DNA of 48,580 bases, counting the filler, from Dimargaris cristalligena (Eukaryota), in the NCBI GenBank assembly GCA_003614675.1. It is 2 parts of 2 records of this genome, joined end to end, with 100 filler letters (N's around TTAATTAATTAA, not from the genome) between each part and the next. Parts side by side here need not be neighbours in the genome. Positions count along the whole stretch, not along the records: positions 1 to 24,261 come from ML002592.1; 1 more part is not named here. One strand, written 5' to 3'. Positions 1-12,423 of this stretch are shown one piece after another (positions within the stretch are counted from its first letter, which is position 1; each line of letters starts with the position of its first letter). The position numbers and the translations under genes are program-made. A model generated the notes under the pieces. The model searched no databases and had not been told where the DNA came from. It worked only from the letters and a program-made list of their open reading frames with translations.

Positions 1-434
1 CGGGCCAATCACAGAGATGGAATCAGTGGGACGGGGGAAATGAATTTCCAACAAACTATCCCAATAGAAATGTCCTAGTCTTAAAAATAGATCACGTGAT
101 TCTGGTTCGAATGAGCTCCCTCAGGTCAATGATAGGACTTTGGACTACTTGACGTTATGCTATAGCGAATTTGGGCTATGATATTTACCATCAACCGAGT
201 CTTTTATTCTGATTATTATTCAACTACTAAAAAATGGTCAAAAAAAGAAGAAAAAAATACAAGCATACCACTATCTCAATAGGGAGATTCGGTCAGCCGA
301 TTGGAGCTGTCAACTAGGGTGTTCTCTAACTTGTCGACATTCGTTTTCTTCTTTCGCTGAATATACTGTTGAATCCACCCGGGGTGTGCACCACTTTGCC
401 GTTTTTTCCTAGTTATTATCAAAAATTCATAGTC

Positions 435-3400
435 ATGAGCAACCCTCGCCCCCGATATAATGACAAGGCGCGGCAGTCGTCGAAAACAAAGCGCCATGCC
501 CGGCCGAAGCCCAGCGCAGACCCCGATGCACAAACAGCCGAAGGCCATGAAGTCGAGGTCGAAGTCGATTCCAATGCTCTGATAATGCCCGCCACCCGGC
601 GCCAGCGCATCAAAAAGATCGCGGTCGAGGCAGGAGTCCAACTTATCGAAGCCCCGCAGCTTTCGGTCAAGAAGCAGAAGCGACTCGAGAAGTACATTGA
701 AAAGAAGTTGGAAAAAGACGAGCGTATCGAACTGTTCCAAAAACTATCCACGTCCAGTTATTCGTCGGAACTCATGCGCTCCAGTCGACACATGGGCTCA
801 GGCCGCGATACCCTCAAGGAACGACTGAGGCGGGCCATGCTGGAGGAACGAGAGGGTCTACCGCAGAGTGACCCCACCGTGCCCCTCTATGTGTCGCGTA
901 ATGAAGTTCCCGGCGAGGTGTCCGACGCAGACACACCCATCGAGGCGGCTGACCCAACTCCACTCCCCACAGTACCGACGGTTTTGGCGCCGGCCTTTGG
1001 AGGTGCTCTCAAGCGCGGGGCCGATGGGGAGTCCGCCGTGCCCATCACTAAACGCCAACGCAAACCCAAGAAGGAAGCCACGTACCTCCGACTTATCAAA
1101 CACGCCCGAAACAAAAACGAATACCTCCAAAGCAAGCTTCAGGATCGGATGGCCGCTAGTTCATCGGAGTCGGACTTTGACAGTTCTGATTCGGCCTACG
1201 ACTCATCCGAGGATGAAAGCCCCGAACCTCCCAAAGTCGAATCCATCGTTACCGATAAGCCCGCTGCTTCAATTGAGCATGCCCTTCCCCCCACCGAACC
1301 AAAACCAACTCCTAAACCCAAACCCGAATTGTCTGCTCCTCGTCCAGCGAACCCTCAGGCACCCCCACAGCTCTATTCCAAGGTAACCTTTGGCGCCAAC
1401 CAACCCGAGGTCTCAGCAATTTCCAAAGCGGACCGTAAGAAAGCCTTTTTTATTTTAGTGGACCGACCAGCCCACATTCAGGAAAACCGGATGAAGTTGC
1501 CCATCTGCGCCGAGGAACAGATGATTATGGAAAAGATCAAGATCCACCCGGTGGTGGTCCTGTGCGGTGAGACAGGTTCCGGTAAAACCACCCAAGTGCC
1601 GCAGTTCCTGTACGAAGCCGGCTACGGGCATCCCGATAGCGGTAATCCCGGTATGATTGGCATCACCCAGCCGCGGCGAGTGGCCGCCGTCAGTATGGCC
1701 CGACGCGTAGCCGAAGAGTTGGATCTCACGGGTACTTCCAAAGTTGCTCATCAGATTCGGTACGATACCACTGCTGATCCCGAAACGGCCATAAAATTCA
1801 TGACAGACGGTGTGCTCTTGCGTGAACTTTCCCAGGATCTGTTACTTTCCCGGTATTCGGCGTTGATCATCGACGAAGCCCACGAACGGAGTCTGAACAC
1901 CGATATTCTCATCGGGGTGGTTAGCCGCGTGGTGAAACTCCGCGAGAAGCTGTACCACGAGAATCCTTCCGGCGCTGTACGACCCCTTAAGATTATTATC
2001 ATGTCAGCTACTTTGCGGGTGGAAGATTTCACCCTTAATCGGCGCTTGTTCCCGGTGCCGCCACCGGTCATCCGCGTGGATGCCCGCCAGTTTCCGGTCA
2101 AGATGCATTTCAACCGGCGGACCCACGCTGACTATGTGGGTGAGGCCTACAAGAAAGTGTGCAAAATACACGCCCGTTTGCCCCACGGGGGTATCCTGGT
2201 GTTCCTGACCAGCCAGAATGAGATTACCGCCCTGTGTCAGAAATTAAAGAGTAAGTTCCCCGTTGGCGGGCGACCATCGGCCCCGACCTCGACGCCGCGG
2301 AACCGTGCCCGTCCCACCGCCACCCGGTCGCTCGAACCAGCTGAGCGTGAACTCGCCACACTAAACCAAAGCGACCTCAAACCCGAGGAAATCGACCTGG
2401 GCGTCGAGTCGGAGGTGGAACTGGATGATGTCAGCTCCGGCAGTGAGGATGGGAACTGGGACGACGAGGAATCGGACCAGGACGATAATTTTGACGGGTT
2501 CTGGGATGGTGACGAGGAAGATACCCGGGCCCGGGAGCAGCCAGATTTTGCGGCGGGCCCCCTCCATGTGCTACCGCTTTACTCGCTGTTGCCCACGGCC
2601 CAACAGATGCGCGTTTTTGATGCCGTCCCGGCCGGCCACCGCCTGTGCGTGGTTGCCACTAACGTGGCCGAAACCTCCCTGACCATCCCCGGGATCCGGT
2701 ACGTCATTGACGGCGGTAAGGTCAAAGAACGCAAATTCAACCCCCAGAACAATGCCCAGAGTTTCGAAATCCATTGGGTATCGAAAGCTTCGGCGGACCA
2801 GCGGGCCGGGCGGGCGGGCCGTACGGGCCCCGGCCACTGTTACCGCCTGTATTCGTCGGCGGTGTTCCACAACGAGTTTGTCCAATTTAGTGAACCCGAA
2901 ATCACCCAAATGTCCATCGAAGGGGTGGTGCTCCAAATGAAGGGCATGCTCCTGGAGAATGTGGTCAATTTTCCGTTTCCCACGCCCCCTGACGCCCGGG
3001 CGCTGCGGGACGCCGAGAACTTGCTGATCCACCTGGGCGCCCTGGACCCCACCAGCCGGCGGATTACGGAAGTGGGCAAACTCATGGCCGCCTTCCCCGT
3101 TTCCCCGCGGTTTTCCCGAATGTTGATTGTCGGCCAACAGCACCAGTGTTTACCCTACGTCGTGACTATTGTGGCGGCGCTGTCGGTCGGAGATCCGGTC
3201 ATTCCTGAAGCCCATGTTGCGGATAGCGTCAGGGATGCCGATGGAGAGGAGGCCACTGTGGGAGTGGTTCCTGAGGACGACGATGACGACGAGATTGATG
3301 TAGACCAGGCCGAGATACAACACCTTACGAATGCTGATTTCGCCCGCAAGGCCCGGCGTAAACTCCTCCACAAGAAATACCTCCAGGCCCAGGCCCAATT

Positions 3401-4295
3401 GGCCGGACGGGAGCCCACGAGCGACTTGGTGAAGTTGCTCAACACGGTCTGTGCCTACGAGTTCGGTGGGGCGGACGAGGCTTTTTGCACCCGGTTTTTC
3501 CTACGGCCCAAGGCCATGCTCGAAATCCGTAAACTCCGTGGCCAACTCACCCGTTTGGTCCAGCTGCACTGTCCCCAGTTGGATTTGTATGTCGATGCAC
3601 GCTTAACGCCCCCGACGGAACGGCAACTCAAGGTGATTCGCCAAACCATCACGGCCGGATTCATTGACCAAGTCGCCGTTCGGTGGGATTTAGTCCATAA
3701 CCAACCCCCGCCGGGTCTACCGACCAACCACACCAATTATGCCGCTAACCGGCCGGGTAAGACCTGCCGGTACACGGCATACGTGTCCATGACGTCAGCC
3801 GAACCCGTGTTCGTCCATCCTACGTCGGTGCTCTACCACGAATCGCCCCCTGAAACTCTGGCGTACCAAGAATTGCAGCGCACCGCGAGTCGGGTGAATA
3901 ACCCCAACGTCGCTCTGGACCCCGAAATCACCGACGCGGACCGGGAACAGCTGGCCGCCGAAGGTCGGCTGTGGATGAAGGGTAACACTACCGTGCACCC
4001 CCGCTGGCTGGCCGTCTTGGGCAAATCGTTGACGACTTATTCCAAGCCCCTCATGCACCCGGTTCCCCGTTACTATTATTCCCATGAATTAGATGGACTC
4101 ACCCCCGAACAGCGGACTCGTCTGTACGAAGGGCAGGCCGATTTTGGCCTGGATAGCAGCCTGTCGGGTACCAAGGATATTATGATTGCGCATGTCAGCC
4201 CGGTATTCGGACCGAAAAATTGGGCATTGCCTAAAATTAAGGTGCAGCACCGCCGCCATGGCACCCGTTGGCTTTTCGATAAAATTATTGGTTAA
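435..4295 (+). CDS. DHR1: DEAH-box RNA helicase Dhr1/Ecm16 (DHX37 orthologue), SSU processome; intronless, ~1286 aa
   Basis: Motifs GETGSGKTTQVPQFLYEAG, TQPRRVAAVSMA, DEAH, MSATL, ATNVAETSLTIPGI and QRAGRAGRTGPGHCYRLYS. N-terminal KKQKRLEKYIEKKLEK and EEQMIME segments are typical of Dhr1/DHX37. First ATG is at 435 (the ORF track starts at an upstream TTG). Confidence 0.93.
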   Translation: MSNPRPRYNDKARQSSKTKRHARPKPSADPDAQTAEGHEVEVEVDSNALIMPATRRQRIKKIAVEAGVQLIEAPQLSVKKQKRLEKYIEKKLEKDERIELFQKLSTSSYSSELMRSSRHMGSGRDTLKERLRRAMLEEREGLPQSDPTVPLYVSRNEVPGEVSDADTPIEAADPTPLPTVPTVLAPAFGGALKRGADGESAVPITKRQRKPKKEATYLRLIKHARNKNEYLQSKLQDRMAASSSESDFDSSDSAYDSSEDESPEPPKVESIVTDKPAASIEHALPPTEPKPTPKPKPELSAPRPANPQAPPQLYSKVTFGANQPEVSAISKADRKKAFFILVDRPAHIQENRMKLPICAEEQMIMEKIKIHPVVVLCGETGSGKTTQVPQFLYEAGYGHPDSGNPGMIGITQPRRVAAVSMARRVAEELDLTGTSKVAHQIRYDTTADPETAIKFMTDGVLLRELSQDLLLSRYSALIIDEAHERSLNTDILIGVVSRVVKLREKLYHENPSGAVRPLKIIIMSATLRVEDFTLNRRLFPVPPPVIRVDARQFPVKMHFNRRTHADYVGEAYKKVCKIHARLPHGGILVFLTSQNEITALCQKLKSKFPVGGRPSAPTSTPRNRARPTATRSLEPAERELATLNQSDLKPEEIDLGVESEVELDDVSSGSEDGNWDDEESDQDDNFDGFWDGDEEDTRAREQPDFAAGPLHVLPLYSLLPTAQQMRVFDAVPAGHRLCVVATNVAETSLTIPGIRYVIDGGKVKERKFNPQNNAQSFEIHWVSKASADQRAGRAGRTGPGHCYRLYSSAVFHNEFVQFSEPEITQMSIEGVVLQMKGMLLENVVNFPFPTPPDARALRDAENLLIHLGALDPTSRRITEVGKLMAAFPVSPRFSRMLIVGQQHQCLPYVVTIVAALSVGDPVIPEAHVADSVRDADGEEATVGVVPEDDDDDEIDVDQAEIQHLTNADFARKARRKLLHKKYLQAQAQLAGREPTSDLVKLLNTVCAYEFGGADEAFCTRFFLRPKAMLEIRKLRGQLTRLVQLHCPQLDLYVDARLTPPTERQLKVIRQTITAGFIDQVAVRWDLVHNQPPPGLPTNHTNYAANRPGKTCRYTAYVSMTSAEPVFVHPTSVLYHESPPETLAYQELQRTASRVNNPNVALDPEITDADREQLAAEGRLWMKGNTTVHPRWLAVLGKSLTTYSKPLMHPVPRYYYSHELDGLTPEQRTRLYEGQADFGLDSSLSGTKDIMIAHVSPVFGPKNWALPKIKVQHRRHGTRWLFDKIIG

Positions 4296-4549
4296 GGTGA
4301 AGTAAGGCTCATGCTGGGTATAGGTTATACCGCTGACCCTACTATATCATACCGTGTTTTAACGACGCTTGTTCGTTCCTAACCTTAAAAAATTACCCCA
4401 CATCCCTAGGGTAATGGTTTCTCTATCATCTCATTACGGTACATTGAAGGATATTATACATTCTTAATATTTAAATTAAATCACAAGTCAAATTTAAGCC
4501 TAATCTATTTCTAAGCATTGGTATGATTCACTGGACGCATATCCAAACA

Positions 4550-4693
4550 ATATGGGTGAAGTTCGGCTCAGCTGTATAAGGTTTTAACTAATATGTGTAT
4601 GGGAAAATCGGTGGGATGTTTATTTTCAACCAGTAATATTTGCCTCATCAAATGGATTTTTCATTATACAGCCTGGTTGAACTACTCTCATAT
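4550..4693 (+). mobile_element. ~140-bp MITE, copy 1 (full length, ATAT flanks)
   Basis: ATAT-GGGTGAAGTTCGGCTCAGCTGTATAA...TTATACAGCCTGGTTGAACTACTCTC-ATAT. Imperfect ~26-bp TIRs; near-identical to 11765-11908. Lies between the convergent DHR1 and channel genes. Confidence 0.85.
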
Positions 4694-4810
4694 GGACATA
4701 TTCTTTCGCAGGATATGGTTATATTATCTTATGCAAAGGGTTCAAAGCCTCCCCAAATGCAGCTAGCGTTGCACAGTTCAGACCGTTGAGGTTCAAAAAG
4801 TGTAGTGGAC

Positions 4811-7800
4811 CTAATGACCGAGTCGTAGGGGAGGGACATCAGCGTCCACTCGAATATCAGCCTCGGATTCCGAATCGGATACATCATACATACTACCCCG
4901 AATAGAATTAATATCAGCCGCACTTCGCCTCAGCCGTCCCGAGTCGGGTGAGTTGCCGCCATCCTGTAAGGAAGCTACCCGGGGGCTACCTACATTACCC
5001 GCCCGGCCAAACTCAGGGTAGGGGGGTGGGTCAATAGAAGCGAACTGGCGATGTCTTTCACTGTACCGAGCCTTGGCAGTGGGATCGGTGGGTGCCATTG
5101 CCTTGGCGTAGACCGACTGGGCCGGGGGCTTATATTTCGGGGATGGTCTGGGTTTAGGTCGCTGCATAGGTGGAGAACGGAGCGGCAGCGGAGTGTTTCC
5201 ACCACCGGTGCTCTCGTACCGGTGCCCCTGGGTAAACCCCGGCGTTGAACGGTTGGCCCGGGGATCTGTGGTTCGCACCGACTGCGGATGACTCGCCAAG
5301 GGTTCTAGAATCAACGAATTAAGCCGGTATATTTGGTCCAGGTCTGCCAGGCGAAGTTTCTCCACGGTGGGTTGGGCGTAGGACGGTAGTGTAGAGTAAG
5401 AGTACGAGGTAGAGGCCATCGTGGAATAATCGGAGATTTCCGAATCGCTGCCGAATAGCGTATCCAAGCCTAGGGTTTGGCTGTTCGAGTCGGGTTGGGA
5501 CGCGGTCGAATGGGCCGGCCGCTTGCCTCTGGGGGGTTGTGGTAGGAAATCACTCCCCCCGGTGCGGGTTCGGCTGAATCGTTGACGAAGTTTATCCATC
5601 CGGGGTACGTGCCCGGGTGGACCTGGTCCGGGGATACGATTGCCATCGATCCGTAAGTCGGGGGGCGCAAAGAAAATCGGAATATGGGCGGGTCGAGGGG
5701 GTGGTGGCGGTGGGGTTGGCTTATGGTGACCTTGTCCCGGTCCCATCCCGTCGTCCGCGGTTGGTCGCTGAATTCCCTTGGCGCCCCCGGTTCGCTGGGA
5801 ATTGGGGGCGGTGGGGTTTAGGGGTGATAGTGGTATCCCCCCTCCCACAGGTACTCCTCCCGGGCCATTAAGGGGGTTATTGGGTTGGAGTGAGCCCCGC
5901 CGCGTATTCGCATTGTACGATCCAAGGGGCCACTGGGGCTTCTGCTGGGCAATGACATAGACCTGGTCATTGACTCGAAGAGCGGTACCGGCCGGTGGAT
6001 TGGTAAAGACGCATTTGAAAGGGGTGCCATAGTTGCGAGCTACGCTGCGATACAGCCCAATGGCCACGGCCTCGTGGGCCTCGAGCAAATCAAGATATAG
6101 TTCGCCGTATACCTTCAGCACATCTAATAATGATTCGATTATCCGCAAGATATTAAAGTAAGTTAGACAAGAACTATGACCATTTCTCCACCAGCCTTAG
6201 GATCATGAGGTAAAGCACTACACGCCCACTTAACCGCATCCGCTTATAAAAAATTATAATAAGCGAGCCCCTAATTTACCGTAGCGAGTTATTTTTGCAC
6301 CACTTACCAATATAGGCCGGAGGGAGACTGACGAGGAATATACGCCCACGGCTGATGCGTCTTTTGGGTCGCCCTGCTTCAGCCTGCGCCTGGACGAGCT
6401 CCGGCGGAAGCGCTTCGCCGGGTTCCAGGGAATCCCGTTCGGTATGGGAAGGACCATCAGACGGGATTTCCGGGCACGTGGGGCGGAGGTACGGTGACGA
6501 ATGAACCGACACGGGGTGGTAGCATAAGTTGGCATTGGTCCTTGGTCGGGGGCGGGTGGTTGGTGCTGACGACGAGGGACTGGTTAATCGGCCTTTGGAT
6601 GAAGGTCTACTTTCGACTGGGACTGTAGAAATATCCGCCGGCTCTTCGGTGATGTTAGGTAACAGAACATTAGGGCCGATGGATTCAGTGGAGACCCTAC
6701 GAACGAGTTGCTTGGAATCCACCCCCGAGTCAGAGCCAGGCGGCGACAGCGACGATGATGATGGTGAGGACGAGTCAAAAGAAGCCGAAGATGTGTGTGC
6801 AGATAAAGGGGGCGGTACTACGACCGCCCTTGATGTGGTATCAGGGTTGCCGTTAGTGGATGGAGGAACCGAGGCCTGCGTAGGGGGCAGTTGAATCGAA
6901 TAGGTTGTTGTGGAAGGGGTTACTTCACGGCCCTGCACCATCTCGGGAGCAGTGGTGGGCTGAGGGGTAGTAAAATGGTCGTTGCTAAAAACTAAATGTT
7001 TGTAGACATCTAAAATATGGGGGTTAAAATAGGAATGGCACATCATCACGTCCAACATTGTGGGGAGAAAGACGTTACCCGACGCAAAGGACGGCTGTAA
7101 CAATTGGGATGCCAGTGGATCGGTAGACTTAAGGGGGGTTTCCCCGTCCAGATACTTAATATTATGCCGATGCACCATTTCGAGGACGGAGAAGCACGGG
7201 CGGCGCCGGATGGAGCGACGGCTACGAATATTTATTTCGGCCAGGACGGCGGACGAATCGATGAGGCGTTTGGTGGCCGAGGCGTAGTGCTTGGCATTGC
7301 TGAGCACAATGACCCCCCGGGCACGTTCAACATAGGTCCGGGCCAGGTCCTGCGAGGACAATGGGGTCCCTTCCACTACATACACATTTTGGAAGTCCTT
7401 GAGCGTCAGAGACTGGACGCGCGGGGGATTAGACGGACATAAAATGACAATGGGTAAAGCATCGTTGCTGAAGGCCGTTTTAAGGGACTGGACCAGGTAT
7501 TCGATATGTCGGGGAAATGAGGAACTGGCGTCACAAATCACAATATGGTCGGCCAAGTCCTTGGTAAATGGGTTATTCTGGAGGAGAATCCGCCGCTTGC
7601 GTTGCCGGATGCGCTGGTTAAGTCCCTCTTTGACCGCCCGCCGGGTCTTGAGATCTAGTTTACGGCGAATTTCAAAGTTCGGGGATAGGACCATGATGGG
7701 GGCGGCGGGGTCCGATTCGGGCTCCCCCAAGGCCATAGGCATCGCCTTCGGGAGTAATACCGGGGAAATGGTAATGTTCGTGGGGGGCGGGGGTGGCTGC

Positions 7801-10180
7801 TGTCGCAGGGCCGTAAAAAACGGCAAAACCGCGGGCAGGATTCCTTCGCTCTCGGGCGCGGTCTCTGTCTCAAGGAGATCGCCGGCCTCCAGAGACTCGG
7901 GAGCTATTTCGTTTCCCACGGGCATCAGGGGCTCCGCCAACATTGGGGACGTGGGTGGGGGTACGACCGCCTCATAGCCCATCATGGTGTCCGGTGCGGG
8001 TGCGAAAACCCGACTGAACAAGCTGGAGGGTGACATGGTGGGTTTCATGTACTTGCCAATGGCTTCCACTTGCTCGCTGCTGTGGGCAATAACAAAGGCC
8101 AAGTCTCGGGGCCGGATGGTATGGTTATTGGGGTTGAGGTAAACCTCGTGGAACTCCGATTCCCGGTGGGGATTGCGGGGCCGGCGGCGACAAACCCCCA
8201 CGGCAAACAAAACCACGCCATAGTTCCGGTACAGGATTTGGGCCACGGTCTTGTACGGCTGGCCCACCAGGGACCGCGGAAATTTGGTTTCGTATATTTC
8301 CTGGGTAGCCCCTTCCAAATAGGTACTCATCCACGCGAGTTCCGTTGGGGTAACCTGGCTCCGAAGGTCACGGAGGGTCCGGTGAACCGCCTTGTCCGTG
8401 ACGGTAGTGGTCAGCAGATGCAGTAGGGTTGAGAATCCGGCAGTGGCGCAGCTCTGCGCCAGTATACCCATGCGGAATTCCTCGACGGCTAGAATTCGGG
8501 TGTTGTGCAGGTTACGAAAATGGGTCTCAGTTTCCGGAAGGATAATTTGGGCGTAGATTCGCACTTGGGACTGGGGTGCTCGGGAGGATGGTCCTATTAA
8601 GGGGGATCGGTTACCGCCGGGCCATTCGGGGGGCAGGTAACGCCAGGGGTCAAGCTCGTGCCGGGCCGCCGCCTCGTACAGGGGAATCGAGGTGTAGGAT
8701 GATATGGCGAGGGCCCGCATGACAGTTTCGGCGTCCTCGTCAATACGGGGACGGCGGGAGTATTTACATGTCAATATAAAAACGGCCTTGGCCTCACGGG
8801 CCCGTACAGTTTCAAGGACGGAATAGGACGTGGGTGATCCTAAGTAATACTGGACTCGGGTGGCATACATGGGATCGTTGAGGAGACCCTCCAGCTCGTC
8901 ATCCGGCTCGTCGGTGTGCACGATAACTACAGATGTGTGCATGATACGATATCCGTGGTCAACGTTATAGAATTCGAGTAAAAACTCGCTTATGGCCATA
9001 TTATCCAGAGAACCACACAGAATAACGTGGTTGGAGCGGGGGTCGGGCGTATAGGACGAGTACTGGGATATCCCCCGCATAAGGTCCACGAGATCGCCAA
9101 TGGGACCAGGTAGAAACAGAGCGGCTAACACCAGAATCATCATAACCACTAAACGGGTGACTAACAGGTCCGGTATCACATCGTCGGCTGGGCCCGCGGT
9201 GATACTTACGGAGCAGTAAAAGAAGGCATCAAAATAATTGAATTCCTTGGCAAGGGCCTGGATTTCCTCGCTATAGAAATGGTGAAGGAGAGTATGGAGA
9301 ATGGCCGCAACCGTCAGTAGTGTCATGGCAACGTTGCTAACTAAAAGAAGCACTTTTCGCTTAAACGGAGACAGGCGCACAATGGAAGACTGCCCCGGGG
9401 TCAATAGCTGGGTCAGGGACATTTGCAAGCGCAGGAACCGCACGGGGTAAAATATAACCAACACGCCGGCGCTAAGATAGCTATTGTAGAAACCATCATT
9501 GACAAAGGATAGGCAGTTGGCGGCCAGAGCAGGGATAGTATCGAACAGGGTAACCAGCATGTACCAGGTGAAATAGTCGCCGGTGATAAGTAGGTGCCGG
9601 ATCAGGAACTGTACGAGGAGAGCGATAGTGATAACAAGGCCGGGGATCCGGTGATACAGAGGGAGCGGGATGGGTTCCGCAGAGGAATTTACCACTGTAG
9701 TCGCCTAAGGTTATACAATATCAGTGGTGATAGATGGCAAGGTAAGCATAATTTATATTTCCCGTTGAGTGGGCTCGTTAGCTGTCGTTGGTGTAACCGG
9801 GGCAAACTAAAGGCGCTAAAGGGACTAAGCTCAGCAGCTGCAATACAACTACTATACTAGCATGTTAATCAGTGTAAATATTATATAGCCATTAAAGTCA
9901 GTTACCAATGAGACGGGCTTGGTCAATCACATACCCCAATAAACAAGGCCACCTGCACTAAATTCAGTGCCGTATCAAAAAGGTCCCAGACCCGTCCCAT
10001 GCGTGAGTGGTCGAGGAAAAAAGACACCCGTTGGATGCGAAGTAGCCCCCGGTACCAAATGCTGCCGCTCCAACGCGAGTCCCAGCGGTAGTCAACTGAC
10101 GGAGCTCTTGGCCTCGGTCGCTCGGCAGAGCCGGGATTGGGCACCTCGGGCAACTGCAGCTTCTCGATGTCGCTAGCCAT
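4811..10180 (-). CDS. Slo/BK-family (6TM + tandem RCK) cation channel-like protein, 3 exons, ~1650 aa, non-canonical pore
   Basis: Predicted exons 10180-9935, 9704-6308 and 6123-4811, with GTATGT/GTAAGT donors, TAG acceptors and consistent phases. S4-like PVRFLRL; pore helix YFDAFFY; RCK1 NHVILCG, YYLGSP, DAETVMRALAI, GFSTLLHLL; RCK2 DHIVIC, VEGTPLS, QPSFASGNVF; C-terminal YGELY...AIGLYR...VFTNPP. Confidence 0.85.
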
Positions 10181-11351
10181 GTTGGCCCAACTTGTGTGCG
10201 GTACTGGGCGGATTTCGAGAGCGGCGGTTGGCGGAGAATGTATTCACTGGCCAATAGACTGAGGCGACGCAGGGTTATATTATTTAAACAAATAAGGTGG
10301 GAAAGGGCCAAAGAGATACCCGCTTATCTTAACCAAAGGTTCTCCTAAACCCATGGTCGGAGTCAACGTGTAAAAAAAAGTAGTACACAACCAGCCTCTT
10401 CCTTCAGTATACTTGAAGATAAGTTAGAACCAGTCGGCAAGTCCTCAACGGGCTTTCCTAGGGCTAAAAGGGTATGATACAGGGCACTATTATCAAGTAT
10501 GGGGGGGGCTAGGTCAGTGGATAACGAAGAGGAAAGAAAGTATGTTTCGTGCTAATGAACCGTTCCTGGGTAATTTTATCTGAGGCCTGAGTGTTGTGGT
10601 TGTACCAAAAGGGCCAACGAATATGGACTTCGGTGACAAGTCCACATTACTGAGCTATGCGACCTGTGGGAGGGGTAAATAATCCCCACGATAAAGGTTA
10701 TTAGAAAACAGTGGCCCGATGCATAAGCCAGACTGTTAAAATATCAACGCAAGGGGCTCCCCAATACCACGCCCGGCCACACGATAAGTACTGTCTAGTC
10801 AGTAGCAGCAGTCCCTATTAGTATTGTAGGGACCAAAGTGGAGTTGGCGGCGCATCACCGGGCTTCACTATTGTTGGGCCTTTTGAACGGGCGTATGGGT
10901 CTGAACCCCATTTAAATCTATAAACATGATCTGCCAGGTCACAGCTGGCTTAAAAGGGATCCCGCCAGTAGGAATTGTACCAGTGTTGGGCCGGGGAATC
11001 GTCAATCCACCACGGCTGGATTCCTCACACGACCGTCAGTTGCCGGTGCCACTAAATGGGGTCATCCAACACAGCGAGCCCTGCGTAATTGTGGATAAAA
11101 AATACTTGGTATTCTAGAACTCTCACTGTTTAGCTTAAGCCTAGGTAAACAAATCACTGAAATAAATAGAAGAAGGGTTGATGTAAGATTGAGGGGTGTA
11201 CCACAGCCGTCCTTATAATAAGACCAGGGATGTACCTGAATCGTAGTCAGGTGGTGGTGGTATTTCGGTAATGCATAATCAATTAGATGGCAATGATGAG
11301 CTGTATATGCACCTCCAGCCCGCTGGGTATGCTGCATTTATGACGTATCAT

Positions 11352-11374
11352 TATATATATATATATATATATAT
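11352..11374. repeat. (AT)n microsatellite
   Basis: Run of about 10 TA dinucleotides. Confidence 0.9.
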
Positions 11375-11764
11375 TATTCTTATGGAAGGGGGTTTTCTTA
11401 TTATCGGATCAGCTGCAAGCCTGCCCGGTTAAGCTCTTTGGCTGCTAATAAGTTTCTGGCGACAGCTTGTGGCCGTACAGCCCACATCTTCCCGTCGGTC
11501 TTGGGCTTCGTCAACTGCATTCGGAATATTCGCCCTTACTACCATCGCCATCGCACAAGTGCTTATAGTGCCCTGGTATAAAAACCGTAATTAACGGGAG
11601 AATACATCATTAAACTGACATCTTTTAAGTGATGGCCTCATCTCAACGCTGATTTTTAGCTATTCTATTCTAGACTACTCAATAGTCTAGCCCCGATGGT
11701 AGGAACCCTACTTGTCCTCCACCCCCCTTGTCAAAAAACGACCAGTTCCGAATCAGAAGGGTTT

Positions 11765-11908
11765 ATATGGGTGAAGTTCAGCTTGGCTGTATAAGGTTTT
11801 AACTGGTATGTGCATGGGAAAATCGGTGGGATGTTTATTTTCAACTAGTAGTATTTGCCTCATCAAGTGCATTTTTCGTTATACAGCCTTGTTAAACTAC
11901 TCCCATAT
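11765..11908 (+). mobile_element. ~140-bp MITE, copy 2 (full length)
   Basis: ATAT-GGGTGAAGTTCAGCTTGGCTGTATAA...TTATACAGCCTTGTTAAACTACTCCC-ATAT; colinear with copy 1. Confidence 0.85.
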
Positions 11909-12321
11909 TTGGGGAAAAGGAGGGAGAAAGATCACGGTATTAAATGGCTCTGATCACCAGGTATATTATATATAACCAAGTCCGGATAGTCAACATAGAA
12001 AAAAGGACCATTTACCACCCGTCGGACTCGCATAATATAAGCAAAATCCCATCCGAATGGCAATAAATAATGCTCCATACGCCACATATAAAAGCGCGTA
12101 TCTGAATACATATTGGCTCCGATTATAAACAATAAATATACCGCAGCTTATTAATAGCCTTTCCTCTCAGCTCAGTGAGAGGTAGCTATGCTGCGGCTCC
12201 TTCTCTAAGGGAATGTACGGCCTCCCTAAACAGGAGCAGTTCCCAAGTGCAACTCCTCCATTTCTGGTTATGTGTAGCGTGCTCCCTTTATTTTTCAACT
12301 TATTGTATTTATATACCTTTC

Positions 12322-12358
12322 CCTGTACCTGTACCTATACCTATACCTATACCTATAT
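12322..12358. repeat. (CCTRTA)n hexamer tandem repeat upstream of REV3
   Basis: cctgta cctgta cctata cctata cctata cctata. Confidence 0.85.
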
Positions 12359-12423
12359 CCTCCAACTCGTCGTAGCTACACATTCACCATCACGTTACCC
12401 TGCTTAATTCAGCTCCTTCGGGA

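Noticed and set aside
276-4264. Many antisense and alternate-frame ORFs over DHR1 (likewise over the channel, PSE1 and AACS)
   Set aside because: Shadow ORFs expected from GC-rich codon usage; no motifs.
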